Assembly (NCBI GenBank): GCA_025786725.1
Contig: JAHLTZ010000003.1
Coordinates: 1 to 64,000, forward strand
Direction of reading: 5' to 3'
Source: Syncephalis fuscata S228
Taxonomy: Eukaryota; Fungi; Zoopagomycota
Length of the DNA stretch: 64,000 nucleotides
Shown: positions 37,448-51,742 of the stretch, piece after piece
How positions within the stretch are numbered: the first letter of the stretch is position 1
Layout of the letters: every line of letters starts with the position of its first letter
Position numbers and translations under genes: made by a program
Notes under the pieces: generated by a model
What the model was told of the DNA's origin: nothing
The model's database searches: none
What the model saw: the letters and a program-made list of their open reading frames with translations, nothing else

Positions 37448-39713
37448 ATGCTGTCGATCGTATTGAATAAACACGGGGCACGACAAATGGTCAGCACGGT
37501 GCTAAGATGTCGTGCCTATCCAACAAGACCACCAATCAATTGTTTGATGCCATATCGTGTGGGCGCGGCTGGTTTACACCACGTCTCTTGTCGCCGTACT
37601 GGCATGAGTGTTGATGAAGCGCGAAAGGATCTTCGCCATCACCGCGAGGAAGCGTACGCCAAAGCAGAAACATTTTCTGATAAGGCACACGCTCTGCGCA
37701 ACTCTATGCAACAAAAACTACCCATGGCATCACCAGCCAACAAGCACTTGGCAAGCAATTTGATTGATAACTACATTCGATCCATACTTGCTCTGCAAGA
37801 CCGAGTTGAACAACATGCCCGCCATGTAGACGAGGAAATCACAATGGTGGATGCACAGATCAGTGATGATATTGTACAGGAGCTTGATGACGTCCGTTCG
37901 GCTGATCGTCGTCTTAATGACGTGCTAGTAGAGGCCAATCGTATGCTTGATGACCTTACACATCAACTACAACACCGGCTGCAAAAGACGACTTCCGGGT
38001 CAGGATTACTTGTGGATGACGTCGAGCTTGGACGACAGGACTGGCATTTACACAATTTGAAAACAAGTGCCAATTCGAGTAAAAATGGCTCTATGGCGAC
38101 TGGCCAGCATCAGCAAAGTGCTACTAATACACAGTAGGTGATTGTTTGCGTATAAGTATAAATTTATTAATTAAACAACGCGCAGTGGTCATATGAATAA
38201 TACAGCGCAGGAAATCGTGCGCCAAGTAGGCGATCGTTCCCGTCGAGAGGTGGCAGACAACTTTAGTCATCCAAATCGCCAATATGCGCGTGGTATGTAC
38301 GACGACGTAGCTGATGCTATGGAAAATATAAACCACAAAGCAAGCCGCGCAACATTTGCAGTGAACGATGCCGTTCAAAATGCAGGTGAAATGGCATCAA
38401 AGACTGGCCGTCAAGCTGCGAATTCAATAAAAAGTCAAGCAGGTGATATGGCCAATCGTATGAAGGAAGGTCAAGAAGATATGATGCAGCATGTCAAAGA
38501 CCAGGCACGCAAGCAAGCGGATAAAGCAGCATCAGCCATTGATTCAATGAGTGGTGATAAAATGAAGCAAACATTACAAGATGCAGGCTCGACTATAAAG
38601 CAAAAAGCGCACGATGCATATGATACTATCACCAAAGAAATGCCAGCCAATTCGAAAAAGGTATTCGAAGAAAAGATGGGCATAGCATATGATACGCTAA
38701 AAGATGGCATGGATATGACTGGACTGGCTCAGGCACAATCAAAGATTACTGATCAGGCCCATCAAATCAAGGATCAAATAAAAGAGCAGGCGGATAAAGC
38801 TGCGTCGACACTTAGTGGAATGAGTGGTAATAAAATGAAGCAAACATTGCAAGATGCAGGCTCAACTATAAAGCAAAAGGCACACGATGCATATGACGCT
38901 GCTGCCAAAGAAATGCCAGCCAATTCGAAAAAGGTATTTGAAGAAAAGATGGGCATAGCATATGATACGCTAAAAGATGGCATGGATATGACTGGGCTGG
39001 CCCAAGCACAATCAAAAATTGCTGATCAAGCCCACCAAGCCAAGGACCAGGTAAAAAAGAAGGTGAAGCAGGCCGCATCAACACTTGATTCAATGAGCGG
39101 TGACAAAGCCAAGCAAACGTTACAAGATGCAGGCTCGACTATAAAGCAAAAGGCGCACGATGTGTATGATGCTGTTGCCAAGGAAATGCCATCCGATTCA
39201 GCAAAAATATTTGAGGAAAAAATGGGTACAGCATATGATACACTAAAGGATGGCATGGATATGACTGGACTGGCTCAGGCACAATCAAAAATAGTCAATA
39301 AAGTTAAAGATACTATGGCCACAGCTTCATCAAATAAACCGCTCCACGGAGTTGCTGCCTATGATATGATCGAGCACATGGAAGAAGTAGAAGATCATCC
39401 AGCTGAGCTGGACCAGCTGCGCGAAGCTGAGATCAAAATGTACGGGAATGATCGTAAATTGCGCGAGGCTGTGTTCACTTGGTCGGAGGATGCAGCGATG
39501 CAGGCTATGGATGATCGGGCTGTACCAAAATATCATGATATTCGTACAGCGGTCGGGTCCACTCAACCAAAACCATCATCGATGGGCTCAAAAAAAGAAC
39601 GAATTGATGATGACACGCTTAATGCGCTGCTTGATGAGGCGGAGGACTTTGGCGCAGTTATACGCGAAGATCCGCGTGACATGTTACGCCGTAGATCCAA
39701 TTTACGCTCTTAA
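37448..39713 (+). CDS. LEA-like helical repeat protein (~737 aa) with mitochondrial presequence-like N-terminus
   Basis: GT-AG intron 38134-38185 joins ORFs 37400..38137 and 38193..39713 in frame. Three 91-aa (273-nt) repeats rich in A/K/D/Q/M. Arg-rich, acid-free N-terminus. Confidence 0.8.
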
Positions 39714-39789
39714 TTAACAGCCAATTGATTCAGCTATTAAACTGTACATAAATCATTCCTTTTTAGCGATTTAATAAATATTAAATTGA

Positions 39790-40240
39790 TCAAATATTAA
39801 TAGAAATCATATGATTGCAATTTCATGTCATTCCGCGTTCGTTATTATTGTACCTATGTACAGCATAGATTATTGCATCTAAATGGTCTTTTCTATTTTC
39901 TACTATTCTAGTATTGCATTATGGGCATATCTGTGATGTAAAATTAAAATTAATATAATTATTATAAGTGTTGTTTATTAAACAGCCACTTCTTCTATAG
40001 CCAATCTGACTAAATAAATGACATTTTGAACAATTAATATAATAATGACAATATACATATTAAAGCAATAATAAAGATAACTAATTAATTACATTATTGT
40101 ATCAATAATTACACATAAATTAATTAATTTTGGATGCAATCTTATACATGGAATAGTGATAAATGAGTGTTTAATTGTATTTAAAAAAGAAAAAGGAGCT
40201 GAAATGAGTAAATAGAAAATGTAGGGGTGCATAGTAAATA
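39790..40240 (-). repeat. Family B copy (inverted)
   Basis: Reverse complement of ~7621-7980. Confidence 0.75.
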
Positions 40241-40414
40241 TTAATCAAAGTATTTATAAATCACACCAAAATCCATATATAATAAAAACATTATTGCAGA
40301 ATTCATAGCTATTCTCAAAGTTTATTGTGTTCAGCATTTAGAATGAAGGCAAACAACTTGTTTTTAATAGCCTTGCTCATTAATAAATTTCATGTTTGCA
40401 ACTGCCATGATGGC

Positions 40415-42388
40415 TTATAGAATGGCTTCTACCATGCCAATACCTTCTTTTTCCAATAGCTCAATGATCGGATCATTGATCTTGGAGGACATGGGCGCCA
40501 AAATACCGGTTTCCTTGAGCACGCCTATATATCAGCTTAGCAATGCTATTTCGGTATACTTGCACATTTACTAACCATCGAGAATAAGCTGGGTTGCAAT
40601 GCCGCATGGAACACCAACTGTTTTGGCCATGCTAGTATCGCCGTTAGGCTCACCATAAGCCAACAGCGTGGAGGTACGTGTTTGCTATTATTGATTCCGT
40701 TTAATAACACTGATTATACACTGTCTTTATTTACCTTAGTGCCATCGGCTAATTCAATGCCAAAGCGATGCTGCAACATCACCATGTCACGCTCGCCTTC
40801 TTCGTACATCATCTTTTCCTCAAGTGTAGCACATAGAGTATCCAGATTATTGCCACGACGATGAACTTTAGTAGATGAAAATAGACCAAGCCTTAATGAT
40901 GTATAAACTTTAGTAGTCGCACTTTGTATAGCTATTTACTTACCATTTCATACCATCCAGAATACGTTCAGTTTCGTCGGGTGAATCGTTAATCTTCTCT
41001 TTTACTGCCTGGATTACAATACTAATAATATAAATTCTTTTATATTAGTACAGTTTATCTGAATCCACATTGCTTGGATACCTTTCTTCACTTGATGCAC
41101 AGCCAAGCATTTGAGCCAATACATCGCGCTATAAACGGGGTTAGTTGGCAATTCATATTTGATCGTAAATATTGCTTACCCAAGCAACATCAGCGGCATC
41201 TTGTGCCAAGTGTGCTTGTGGCGTATCATCCAAAAAGCCAATATCGACCAAGGCTTTAACGAATTTAGGAAATCCCTGAATTATTAAATGGTTTATTTCA
41301 ATGATTTATAAACAGCAAATGTACTGCTCCTTACCTGATACCGGAGTGTGCCACGTAAAATGGTTCGAGCCTCAGGAATGTGGTAACGCTCTTTGTAAGG
41401 CGTTGAGTCACGATTTGGATAGCCAACAAAGGCAAATGCCGGGTAAATATAGATAGGCTTGGCCGAGTTCATCAGATCGGTACCGCTATATTCTACAATC
41501 TATATACACATATATATATATGCTTGTTAGAAAGAGAATATACGTCATTGTTTTTGATATGTTATCGTACCTTGCCGTCTTCATAATAACGGGCCGTATT
41601 ACGGAGAGCGAGTAAAACACCGCGTGATGACCAACTAAACTTGTAGCCTAATGGATTATTGGATGCTTCTGGAGCAGGAAGACCACCGCAATACGAGAGA
41701 AAAGACAAAATCTATGGTAACAATATTAGCTATTAAGCCAATATATCAATATCTGACTAATGGCCACTTACTTTACCGCCCTGTGCGTGAACTTCTTCGA
41801 TCGTTTTGACAGCATACAAGTGGTCAATGCCTGGATCCAAACCAATCTCGTTCATTACTGTAATGCCAGCCTTTTTGGCCTCTTCGTCGTAGGCCATCAT
41901 GGATTCGGACACGTAACTGGTTGTCACAACGTTACGCTTACTTTTGATGGCCGATTTGATCACACGTGCGTGTTGTGTGTATGGAATCAAACTATTACAT
42001 ATTCATTACATATAGTATTAGGCAACTAATAAGCGCTAAAACAGTACACTTGCCTAATAATCAAGTCATGCTCGGCTACTGCCGCATCAAGTGCTGCTTC
42101 GTCGGCAACATCAAGACTAAGTGGAGTAGCACGCTCAAACTGCGAAGCCAATGCAGCGGCCGTTTCAATACGACGACAGGCTATATAGCTTTTAGTTCTA
42201 TATGGCTATGTGCGGATAGACCACCTACCGACCGTCACTCGATTTTCCGGTCGACGAAGAATATATTCAAGACAGGGACGGGCTACGAAGCCAGAACCGA
42301 GTAAAAGTACTTTTCTATCAAACCATGTTGTTACTATGGCCGTATTTGCTAGCACGCAGCTGTCAATAACTTACTTTTCTGTAGACAT
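40415..42388 (-). CDS. LYS9: Saccharopine dehydrogenase (NADP+, L-glutamate-forming), stand-alone
   Basis: [90 protein letters not shown]. About 10 introns. Confidence 0.96.
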
Positions 42389-42664
42389 AGTGAGCAGTTG
42401 CTGTTGGTAATGGTAAAACAATAAGACAACAGGATGACCAAGAGATAAAAATGTACGTGGACGTGAACACTGTCTTATCGAGATCTATAGATGCTGAGAC
42501 ATGATTGGCTGGTGCATTTTGTTAACACTGTGTCTGGTTTGATGGTAAAACTGTAGCAAGATGACCATCTTACGGTTACCTTGCTACATCTATGCGACCA
42601 ATAGATACGGCTATGCCGCCATAGCTACTTGAGCGCGTAAAGTAAAATAAAATAAAGAAAAATA

Positions 42665-43275
42665 TTGTGTATTATTTAACATTATTATACGATCTAATTG
42701 AATTTATTAGCCATTTAGTATGATTTGTAGTTAAAATAGCTATTTTAATAACATTTAATCTATTAAACATAACATATCATTCTACGATATACTAGGCACA
42801 TTCTATTGTTTATATGTTCTATTAAACCTCACTCATTTCATTTATTGCATTATATACAATATAACTTTAACACTGTTTTATATGCATTCTTACTGTATAT
42901 TTATCACTTTTTATATTATTATATATTCGCATAGTCTTTCTGTATCAATAATTACTTTTATTTTTGTCCTAGCACCATTATTAACAAATGTCGACTAATT
43001 CCGCTCATTGATCATGTATGCATGCTCAATATTGTATATGCATTATAATGTTTATTATTTTATTAGTTATGATTTGAATGTTAATCAAGCAAAGTAATGG
43101 GTATACATAGTAAGTACACATACGGTGATTATATATGCATATTGGATAATGAATCTCCAATGCTAAGTATTTAATAACTGATATCATTCACCACCCATCA
43201 TCATGTTCAATAGTAAGAATGTTACTAAGTGTTAGTCATTTAACCACCAAACAAACAATAAATGGTTAATAAATT
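42665..43275. mobile_element. Family A copy (internally deleted, both ends partly retained)
   Basis: Body matches 22990-23250. 43130-43250 is the inverted terminal core (CACCACCCATCATCATGTTCAATAG). Confidence 0.7.
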
Positions 43276-43469
43276 GTTTAATATTAGTGTATTGAAAATA
43301 GTATAAATAAATTGCTGATGTTATTGTTAAAATGAGCAATGTCAGTGCAGTTGTATTAAATGTGACTAATTGCAACATGTTAATATCTGTAAAAAGACAT
43401 TATTCTATTTAATTAATAACGAAAGAATAAATAGGGTGACATATTGTTGCTGTTCTACTTGGAGAGTTG

Positions 43470-43530
43470 AAGTAAAATTTGAGCTCCACATCTTTTATTT
43501 CCAAAAAAGTAGGGGCTCAAAGTAAAATAG
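43470..43530. repeat. Miniature family B derivative (essentially two TIRs)
   Basis: TTTGAGCTCCACA...GTAGGGGCTCAAAGTAAAATAG; the right end is the reverse complement of the family B terminus at 18258. Confidence 0.5.
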
Positions 43531-43565
43531 TTTCCTTAGTATTTTATTTTATTTTTTTTATATTT

Positions 43566-43578
43566 GGCTGACTCAGCC
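43566..43578. promoter_or_regulatory. GGCTGACTCAGCC, Gcn4/CpcA(AP-1)-type site in the LYS9/NMD3 divergent region
   Basis: TGACTCA core with palindromic flanks, ~95 bp upstream of the NMD3 ATG. Confidence 0.4.
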
Positions 43579-43671
43579 TTACCACTTAAAAGATATATCT
43601 TTTACTTTCTACCGTTCCTCTACCGTATACCGTATTGTTTGTAGCGGCGTCTAGTTTGATCTTATTGCAAT

Positions 43672-45863
43672 ATGGAGTACAATCCGGTAGTTGTCGAGCA
43701 GATGATGTAAGTGTTCAAACACCAAAGACAGTCAAGTGTCTAGAACCAAAAGCTAATTATATATATCCACTTGCAGTCTGTGCTGCTCTTGCGGCACGTC
43801 GATCCCGCCCAATCCTGCGAATATGTGCGTTGACTGTATTCGCAATGAAGTCGACATTACTGAGGGCATTCCAAAACAAGTGACTATACAGTTCTGCCGT
43901 GATTGTGAACGCTACTTGCAACCACCAACCCACTGGATTAAAGCCGAGCTAGAGTCGCGTGAACTGTTAACACTATGTTTGAAAAAACTACGTGGTCTTA
44001 GCAAAGTACGCTTAATCGATGCTAGTTTCATTTGGACTGAACCTCACTCAAAACGTGTCAAGGTTAAACTGACCGTCCAGAAAGAAGTAAGTCATTTTTA
44101 CAGCACATTGGTTTTATTATTTATAATATACAATTAATATTATTACTATTACTGTTATCGGTATGGTGATTAGGTGTTTGCAGCAGCCATTCTTCAGCAG
44201 ATATTTGAAGTTGAATACATTGTCAGTTATCAACAGTGTGAAGATTGTACCAAAGTTGCTGCACAAAATACTTGGAAAGCAACAGTTCAAGTGCGTCAAA
44301 AGGTAAGTGCTATGTAATAAATATTAATTGATTATTGATTAATCAAATATAATGTTAATAGGTGCCCCACAAACGTACTTTCCTTTATCTGGAACAATTG
44401 ATTCTAAAGCACAGTGCTCATCGGGATACGGTTAATATTAAAGAGGCGAAAGATGGGCTTGATTTCTTTTATGCCCAACGAGGACACGCCATTAAGATGT
44501 GCGAGTTTCTAGGAGCCGTTGTACCAACTCGGTCAAAATCGAGCGAACAGCTTATCTCCACTGATATACACACAAGTACATCCAATTTCAAGTTCACCTA
44601 CTCTGTGGAAATTGCTCCTATTTGTAAGGATGATCTTATATGCTTACCGCTTAAGTTGGCTCGTTCATTGGGCAATATTAGGTAGGTGATACCATTCAAT
44701 GCATGTGTGGCTTGATAGAGTAAATTAATGCTGTGGTGCATTTAGCCAACTTGTATTATGTACCCGTGTAGGTACAGCACTTCAGCTTATTGATGCCAAT
44801 TCATTGCAAAGTCAGTATAATAATGAGGTATAGGTTTATTACACTAATGCTAATACAATTAATAGGCACTGAAGTAACAGGCCAAGTATTTTGGCGTACA
44901 CCATTCACAGCGTTGGCATCAGCCGGCGAAATGTGTGAATATTACGTTCATGATGTGGAATTACTTGGACCAACTCGTGGCAAGGTAACTATTATAATGG
45001 CCAAGCTTTTATTTATTTATTTATTGTTTATATGTTTATTTGTCTATTTATAGTATGCACTGGCAGATGTACAAGTGGCACGTACTAGCGATTTTGGTCG
45101 CAATGATACAGTATTTTTTGCTCGTTCTCATCTAGGCAATATTTTGAATCCAGGAGATCATGTACTTGGGTAGGTGTCTAATCAATAAAGTGTAGAAATA
45201 TAGTATTAATAAATAAAATATAGCTTCGACTTGACCCGCTCTAATTTCAATAATAGCGACTTTGACAGCCTAAATCGTAATAACTTGCCAGATGTCGTAA
45301 GTTAATCTAACGATAGATAGTAATGCTACTTTGCATTAACCGTCTACACTAACTGCTTTATAGATTCTTGTGAAGAAGACTTATCCTGCACGTCGTAAGA
45401 AGAACAAGTCACGTGGCTGGAAACTTAAAACTTTGTCTAAAGAAGAGGGTGAAATGCTTCCTCGTAAACAAGAACAAGATAAGATTGAGTAAGCTGTTAA
45501 TTAATGTGCTATTGCTCTATTATTCATTCATTTATGTAATTATAGGCAAGATTATGAGTTGTTCTTGCGTGATCTGGAGGAAGATCCAGAGATGCGTGCT
45601 ACCGTTAATCTGTATAAAGGTAAGTGCTTTATTATAGTGAGGATTCAAATAGTAACAAATCATTTCTATTCCCAGCACATGCCAAACGAACAAAGCAAAT
45701 CTACGCAGGCGAAGGAGCAATGGCGGATGATGAAGATGAAGAGCCAGAGCCAGACTTCCCTGAAATTGAACTACACGAACTACTTGAGGATCTTAACATC
45801 TCGGACGGTGAAGCTCTTGATAAAGCTGACCATGACAGTGACACCGATATGGCCATGGACTAG
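43672..45863 (+). CDS. NMD3: 60S ribosomal export adaptor Nmd3
   Basis: LCCSCGTSIPPNPANMCVDCIRNEVDITEGIPK, RLIDASFIWTEPHSKRVKVKLTVQKE, VQVRQKVPHKRTFLYLEQLILKH, FLRDLEEDPEMR, C-terminal NES-like LHELLEDLNI. Confidence 0.97.
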
Positions 45864-46380
45864 ATAGGATTTTTACTGTATTTCGATTAATAGATCGTTC
45901 TTGAAATTAGTTTATTTGTGCATTGTTGTGTTTAAAGTAACGTTAAACGTTCATAGAAGCCAGTTTTAATTTTTTTTGAAAGTCATCTAATTAACAACGA
46001 CTTATAAAGCTAAATGATATTGCAATAGTATTAATTGAATAGCATAATTGTTTACAAATATAAAGCATTATATAGTTTCCCTATTTTTTATTATTCTAGT
46101 TGTATCAACTAATAATGCAGCTAATTATAAACATAAATATTTATTAAACTGGTGCCATTAATTGTATTCTAATATAGGTGACCATGTTATAGTAGCGTGT
46201 GTAAGTGCAGCAAGACATTTGTTTCGCTGGAGTCAGCTTAGATTGAAATTAAAAATTGTTGTATTTGCTGCGATCTTTCTAGCAAACAATCATTGATCCT
46301 TTTCTCTCAAACACTTGCTGATTATAGTGCAAGGCTCTTACATTTATTCTATCTTTTTTCTTTGACTTTAGTTTTAGTCG

Positions 46381-47189
46381 ATGATGAATTTACAATCGCG
46401 TCGAATTTCAACGGGTAAGTACTGATCTACACGATAGATGTCTAATTGATTCCATTCGACAATACTAATCTATTTAACCGTGACCATCTATTGTAGCGCT
46501 GTATCCAGCCGTTGCACGCGGTTTATATGGCGCACACGCTGCACCAGCTATGCTAGCCAATCAATCGATGCAAAACAGACGTCGTTCTATGGCGACAGAT
46601 ACGTCAAGCAGCTCGGTGATGCGACACTCTGGATCTACTCAAGTACTGGACCCAAGTAAAAACGATAATGCTGCCGGTAAGCTAGAAGAAACACAATGGA
46701 TAGTTAGAATACTTATTTTTATTAAATAGAGTACGCGTTAACCAGTGTGGACAAATTGCTTAACTGGGCCCGTACGGCTCTTTCTGGCCCATGACGTTTG
46801 GATTGGCTTGCTGTGCCGTCGAAATGATGCATATGGCCGCATCTCGCTATGACCAGGATCGCATCGGTATTGTATTCCGTGCATCGCCTCGCCAGTCCGA
46901 TTGTATGATTGTAGCCGGTACACTAACTAACAAGATGGCTCCCTCGCTACGTAAAGTGTACGATCAAATGCCCGAGCCACGCTGGGTCATATCGATGGGC
47001 TCATGTGCCAATGGTGGCGGTTACTACCACTACTCCTATGCTGTAGTGCGTGGCTGTGACCGTATCGTGCCAGTTGATGTTTACGTGCCCGGCTGTCCAC
47101 CCACAACTGAAGCACTTATGTACGGCGTATTGCAACTGCAGCGAAAGATGTTCCGCAGTCGCAATGTTAAGATGTGGTACCGCAAGTAA
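46381..47189 (+). CDS. NDUFS7: NADH:ubiquinone oxidoreductase PSST (20 kDa) subunit
   Basis: Presequence exons, then [50 protein letters not shown]. One base appears to be missing at 46776-46777. Confidence 0.95.
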
Positions 47190-47325
47190 TAGTAGTAATA
47201 GTTAATTACCGAAAGAATAGGCGAATAAAGAGATTGAATGCGTTTTTATCATTAATAATGCTTAGTTGTCTGAAATGGAGTAAACTACATGTATTTATTT
47301 ATATAGAAAGCAATTGCCATATTAA

Positions 47326-50300
47326 TTAATCACTCTGTGCTACAGCATCATAATCGGCCGTTACCGTATATTCGGTTACATAATTGATTGGAAATTGGCC
47401 AGTCTGTCCATCTAACGTGCCTATAATAATAATAATAATAGTAATAAAATTATTACGCTTTATGATTATATTATTTGTAATTACTTACCTTCCCACCAGC
47501 CTTCGGCACAATTACGATTGGTAACCTCAATGACGGCACCGGCATACATGGACAATTCGACATCGGTACGTGCTTGGTAATCATAGAGAGCTTGTACTAA
47601 ATAATAGCCAGTTAGATGATTACATTAATGCTATTAGAGTCTAGAAGGTTACCATATTCTGGTTGCAACACGGCATCTGGATCCAATTGAACATAAGATG
47701 CCGGTACTATTCCTTCTTGTCCATTAAGCTCGACCTATTAACATTTAGTTGTAGAAATAAACAATTTGCTATCAATATAGCTTACTCGAACCCATCCAGT
47801 TCCCACTAATGTTATATAATGTATCCAATTATGAGTATTATGATTAGTGTTATTGCTAATGACTTACTATCTGGTTCGATGACTGTAACAATACCACCGG
47901 CGTTAACACTCAGTTCTTGTTCTGTATTGGCATCATAGTCATAGAGTACAGTAGCAATTGCTGGATAATTATGTATTGCTTGTAGATAATGGATTTACAG
48001 CAGCATCATTAGCCGTGAATCTATATTAAGGTCAATGATGAATAAAGTAGCTACTAGCTAATATCAATATTTACCAATGGTCGGTTTAGCAAGTCGTTCT
48101 AAATGACCACCAGGCCTTTTGGTACAATCAGGATAGACTTTCATTTCACACTTAGTATGACAGTTATAGCCACAATCTAGTTTTATTTTAGATTTGGTGT
48201 TAGTAATTATTAATACGTATTAATATATCGGTACCTTTACAACTGTAGCCTTGTTTGGATATACCCCAAATGGTAGCAGCACAATAATCGCATGCAGTTG
48301 GTATTGTAAATGATGCTGGTTTAAATTCATGAGCTACCAAATCATCGGGCAAAGCTATGTATTAAATAGTAAGTGATCATATATGTATTTATATGGCAAG
48401 CTTTAATATTACTTACCACCACCAATGGCATGAAGAATAACACATCGCTCACAGTCTACGATGGATCGAGATGTTTTTAATAAAGTAATCAGTCTCACAG
48501 CATCCAGCATTGTCTAATATTGATTAGATTAATACAATATATGATCGTGTTACCTACTTCATTAACTTCATCAGCAAGTTCAGGATGACCAGAGGATTCA
48601 CGGTGAAGTTCATCGAGCTGTCCTTGTAGTACCGTAACATCCTGTTCTTTGCTTTTAATTTCCGCATTTAATGTATCCAATTTCTTTTGTATTTTGATAC
48701 AATGGTTAATCAAAAATGTCTTGCCGATTTGATCCTTGATAAGCTCTCCCTAATAATAGCACGTTAGATTTACATCTGTTTCTTTTATTTCTTTTATCTA
48801 CCGTATCATTGGGATCATTTGCTTCAAATGGAAAGTCTTCTGGTTCTACAGTGCTATGCTCATCCTTGTTTGGAGATTGTGTATGATTGGTATGCCGTGA
48901 TACATCAAGTTGCGGATCCATATCATCTACAGCTTGTAAGGCTGCAGTAACATGGGCTGTTGCGCTGACTAGTGTTGCATCTTCCAATGAGAGACATATA
49001 CGCCATAGATCGTGCAGTCCAGTAGATCGGCTGACATATAATGCTTGCATAGCCTATCCAATAGTATATCTATGTTAAATTTACAAGTTTAATAAGTAAT
49101 ATTACCAACCGTAAGTAATGCCGGTAAATCCTCGGTATAATACTTTGTTTTGTGGTCATTGGCCACATGAATACTTAAGATATATAAATTCTACTCATCA
49201 ATAATAACAATAATACTAATATTAATAGACAAAATTAAACAAATATAATTACTTGCTCTTAAATTATTGGCATCAGCGAGATCTTGCTCATATTGACGTT
49301 GTGCCTAATTACATTAATTAATATCGATTTAATTACTTGTTCTAAAAGCTATTTACCCGTTCACGTGTCTTTTCATCCACTGTACGTTCCAATTTTTGTT
49401 TGGCTGCCTCAACTTCTGCTACACGTTCCATATAGCGTGCTTTTGCCTAAATAACAATAAATAAATAAATAGAAATAAGGGTCAACTTACCTTTTCTCTT
49501 TCGCTATAAATTCGATCACGTTCCAATTCTAATTTCTGAGCAAATTGCATATGCTAAATACAGCTATATAAATATATATTAATCTAGCCATAAAATCAGC
49601 TCACCCGTGCTCTCGCCTCGTCTTTACGTAGTGCTAACGATCGCAATGACTCCGCAACATTCGTAACAAGTGTGTCGGAAAAGTCATATCGTGTACGTGC
49701 CGCTACTTCTATTCCATCAAGCATGCTATTGAATGCATGATAAAGTGTGCTAATCATCATGTTATCAATGTTATTAATATTGTTATGTACTATTAACCTA
49801 ATCTGTTACTCACTTTCCCTTTGTCGTTGATACAAAATCATTACTTTTACTCGACATTTCCCCTGACGATGGATCGGTGAGGTCATTGTGATTTTTTGTA
49901 TCGCCGTCTATTACATCGTCTGTTGTAATATGTAGACCCCACACTGTTGGATCGATCTTTTTCTCCATCCGCGACCGGTATTTTGTGGCCAAGGTCTCCA
50001 TCTTGTGGGCATAGTCCCGTTCAATCTGCGCCCGCTCCTTGATCATATCTCGCGTTTCATTGAAGAAAACATTGCCGTTAAGCAGTAATTGGTTAACATT
50101 GGTCAATTGGCCCTGTACACGAATAGCATCCAATATATCAGTGGTATGTTGTTGTTTTTGCTGCTGCTGTGGTGTAGTAATGGGCATGGAGGACGACAGT
50201 TGCTGGGCCGCGGTCAACACCAGGTCAGAAAAGTCGCTGAATGCAGCCACAGTAGGCCCTAAGAGTGGAGAAAGAAGCGGGGATTGGAATGGAGAGAGAT

Positions 50301-50547
50301 AGGGAGATGCAGGCTGCTGCGGCGACGGCAATGACGACAATGACAATGGCGGTGGCTTTACTTTTGCTTCGGCTATCATTGCATCTTTTTGTTTATCTGA
50401 AAAAGCCACTTCATAGCCGTTGTTGTTACCATTGTCGTCGTTATCACTGCACGCTATAGCGTCAACTTCTGCTATAGGTGGAACCAACGCTGTTTCGGTT
50501 GTTTGTCCACTTGGCCAAAGATTGGCAAGCTGCGTCAAAAATGCCAT
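47326..50547 (-). CDS. BZZ1: F-BAR + C1 + 2xSH3 protein, Bzz1-like
   Basis: FCH motif RDMIKERAQIERDYAHKMETLA; C1 domain HEFKPASFTIPTACDYC..CKDCGYNCHTKC; two SH3 domains (VLYDYDA..GW..EGIVPASY; ALYDYQA..EGWWEG..GQFPINYV). Many introns; start codon approximate. Confidence 0.85.
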
Positions 50548-51439
50548 AGCAGCCTTTACGGCACAACAACAGAAATAATAACAATAGTGTTCTGTGCCAG
50601 CGCACTAGGGAAAGTAATAACAAGCAGTGTAGTTGCGTACCTTGAGCTCTTGACTTGGGATGGCACTAACCGTCATTCAGCAGTTAAGATAATACTAAAC
50701 AAGTAAACGAAAAAAAAGTATTTGTAATTGCACAGTATCAAGCCAAATAGAATGTAAATAAGTGTAGGAAAGTTGTAATTCCGCTTGTCCAACGATGAAC
50801 AACAACTTTGTACATGTGATCACATGACCGACTATTGAAGTCATGTCTAGATATTCAGTGTACAAATTGTGTTAATTATATCAGTTGCATATGAAATGAA
50901 TGTCTGTTATTGTGCTTTATAGAAAAGACGTAGTTCAGAGTAGATGTGTTCACAAGTATTTTATTTAGCATTCAATAAACACTGTTGCTTATACACCGAA
51001 TCTAATGCATAGCGATTTAATTGTCAATTATAATATCATGTTCTATGATAATGACATTTGTTTATGCCTTGATATCCATTCATTGTTTTACTGATGACAT
51101 TGTTTTATAATTATATTTGCTTTTATGCAATTAATCTTTATTCTTTCTTTTATTCCACCATTTGAACAGTTCGCTCGTTTGTATTTCAATTTGTTCATAG
51201 TCTTTTTATGTACAATGCCCTTTGATTTATGGCTTGTATTGTCGTATTGTGTATATCATCTTATTTATTAATTAAACAATAGTACATAGTATACACATAT
51301 ATATTAGTGCAACAACACTAGTACAATCAAATAGAACAATTAAATAAATAATTATTGGTATTATTGCTAAAATAGCTAACGTGATTGTAATTGTGGTGAA
51401 TGTAATTCATTGTAATATGTTAATATTTGATTAATATTT

Positions 51440-51635
51440 TTATACATGGTTAACAACAACAATGATCAGCCTCAAATGTTTCAATGAAATCAAATAGCAT
51501 GTTACATTATTTATTTAAATCAATTTATTAACAACACTTAATAGGAAACAATATAATTATGTTGTGCATAACGACGGCATAATTTCAATTGGAACGAATT
51601 TTGCTTTGGGGACTTAAAATAAGAGCGCAAAGTAA
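51440..51635 (+). repeat. Family B partial copy (right part)
   Basis: Direct match to ~7990-8187. Confidence 0.7.
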
Positions 51636-51742
51636 TCATTAATCAATGATGCAACGAAATACAGCATATTATAATATTATTAAAGCAAATATAAATGTTT
51701 AAAGCAATTTATTATTTCTATCGTGAACAATAAATTTTTGGC

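Noticed and set aside
42388-42660. Spermidine synthase-LYS9 fusion as in Basidiomycota
   Set aside because: LYS9 starts at its own ATG and no Spe3-like coding sequence lies upstream.
46770-46795. Programmed frameshift or pseudogenisation of NDUFS7
   Set aside because: No slippery heptamer, the rest of the gene is fully conserved, and the same one-base defect recurs in four other genes, favouring assembly error.
48706-48800. Apparent frameshift in BZZ1 between ORFs 48706..49050 and 48495..48713
   Set aside because: Explained by a GT-AG intron with a CTAAC branch site.
51035-51100. Possible C/D snoRNA (ATGATAA...CTGA, with ATCCATTCAT complementary to LSU rRNA)
   Set aside because: Imperfect C box, very short, and the 10-nt complement is not adjacent to the D box.
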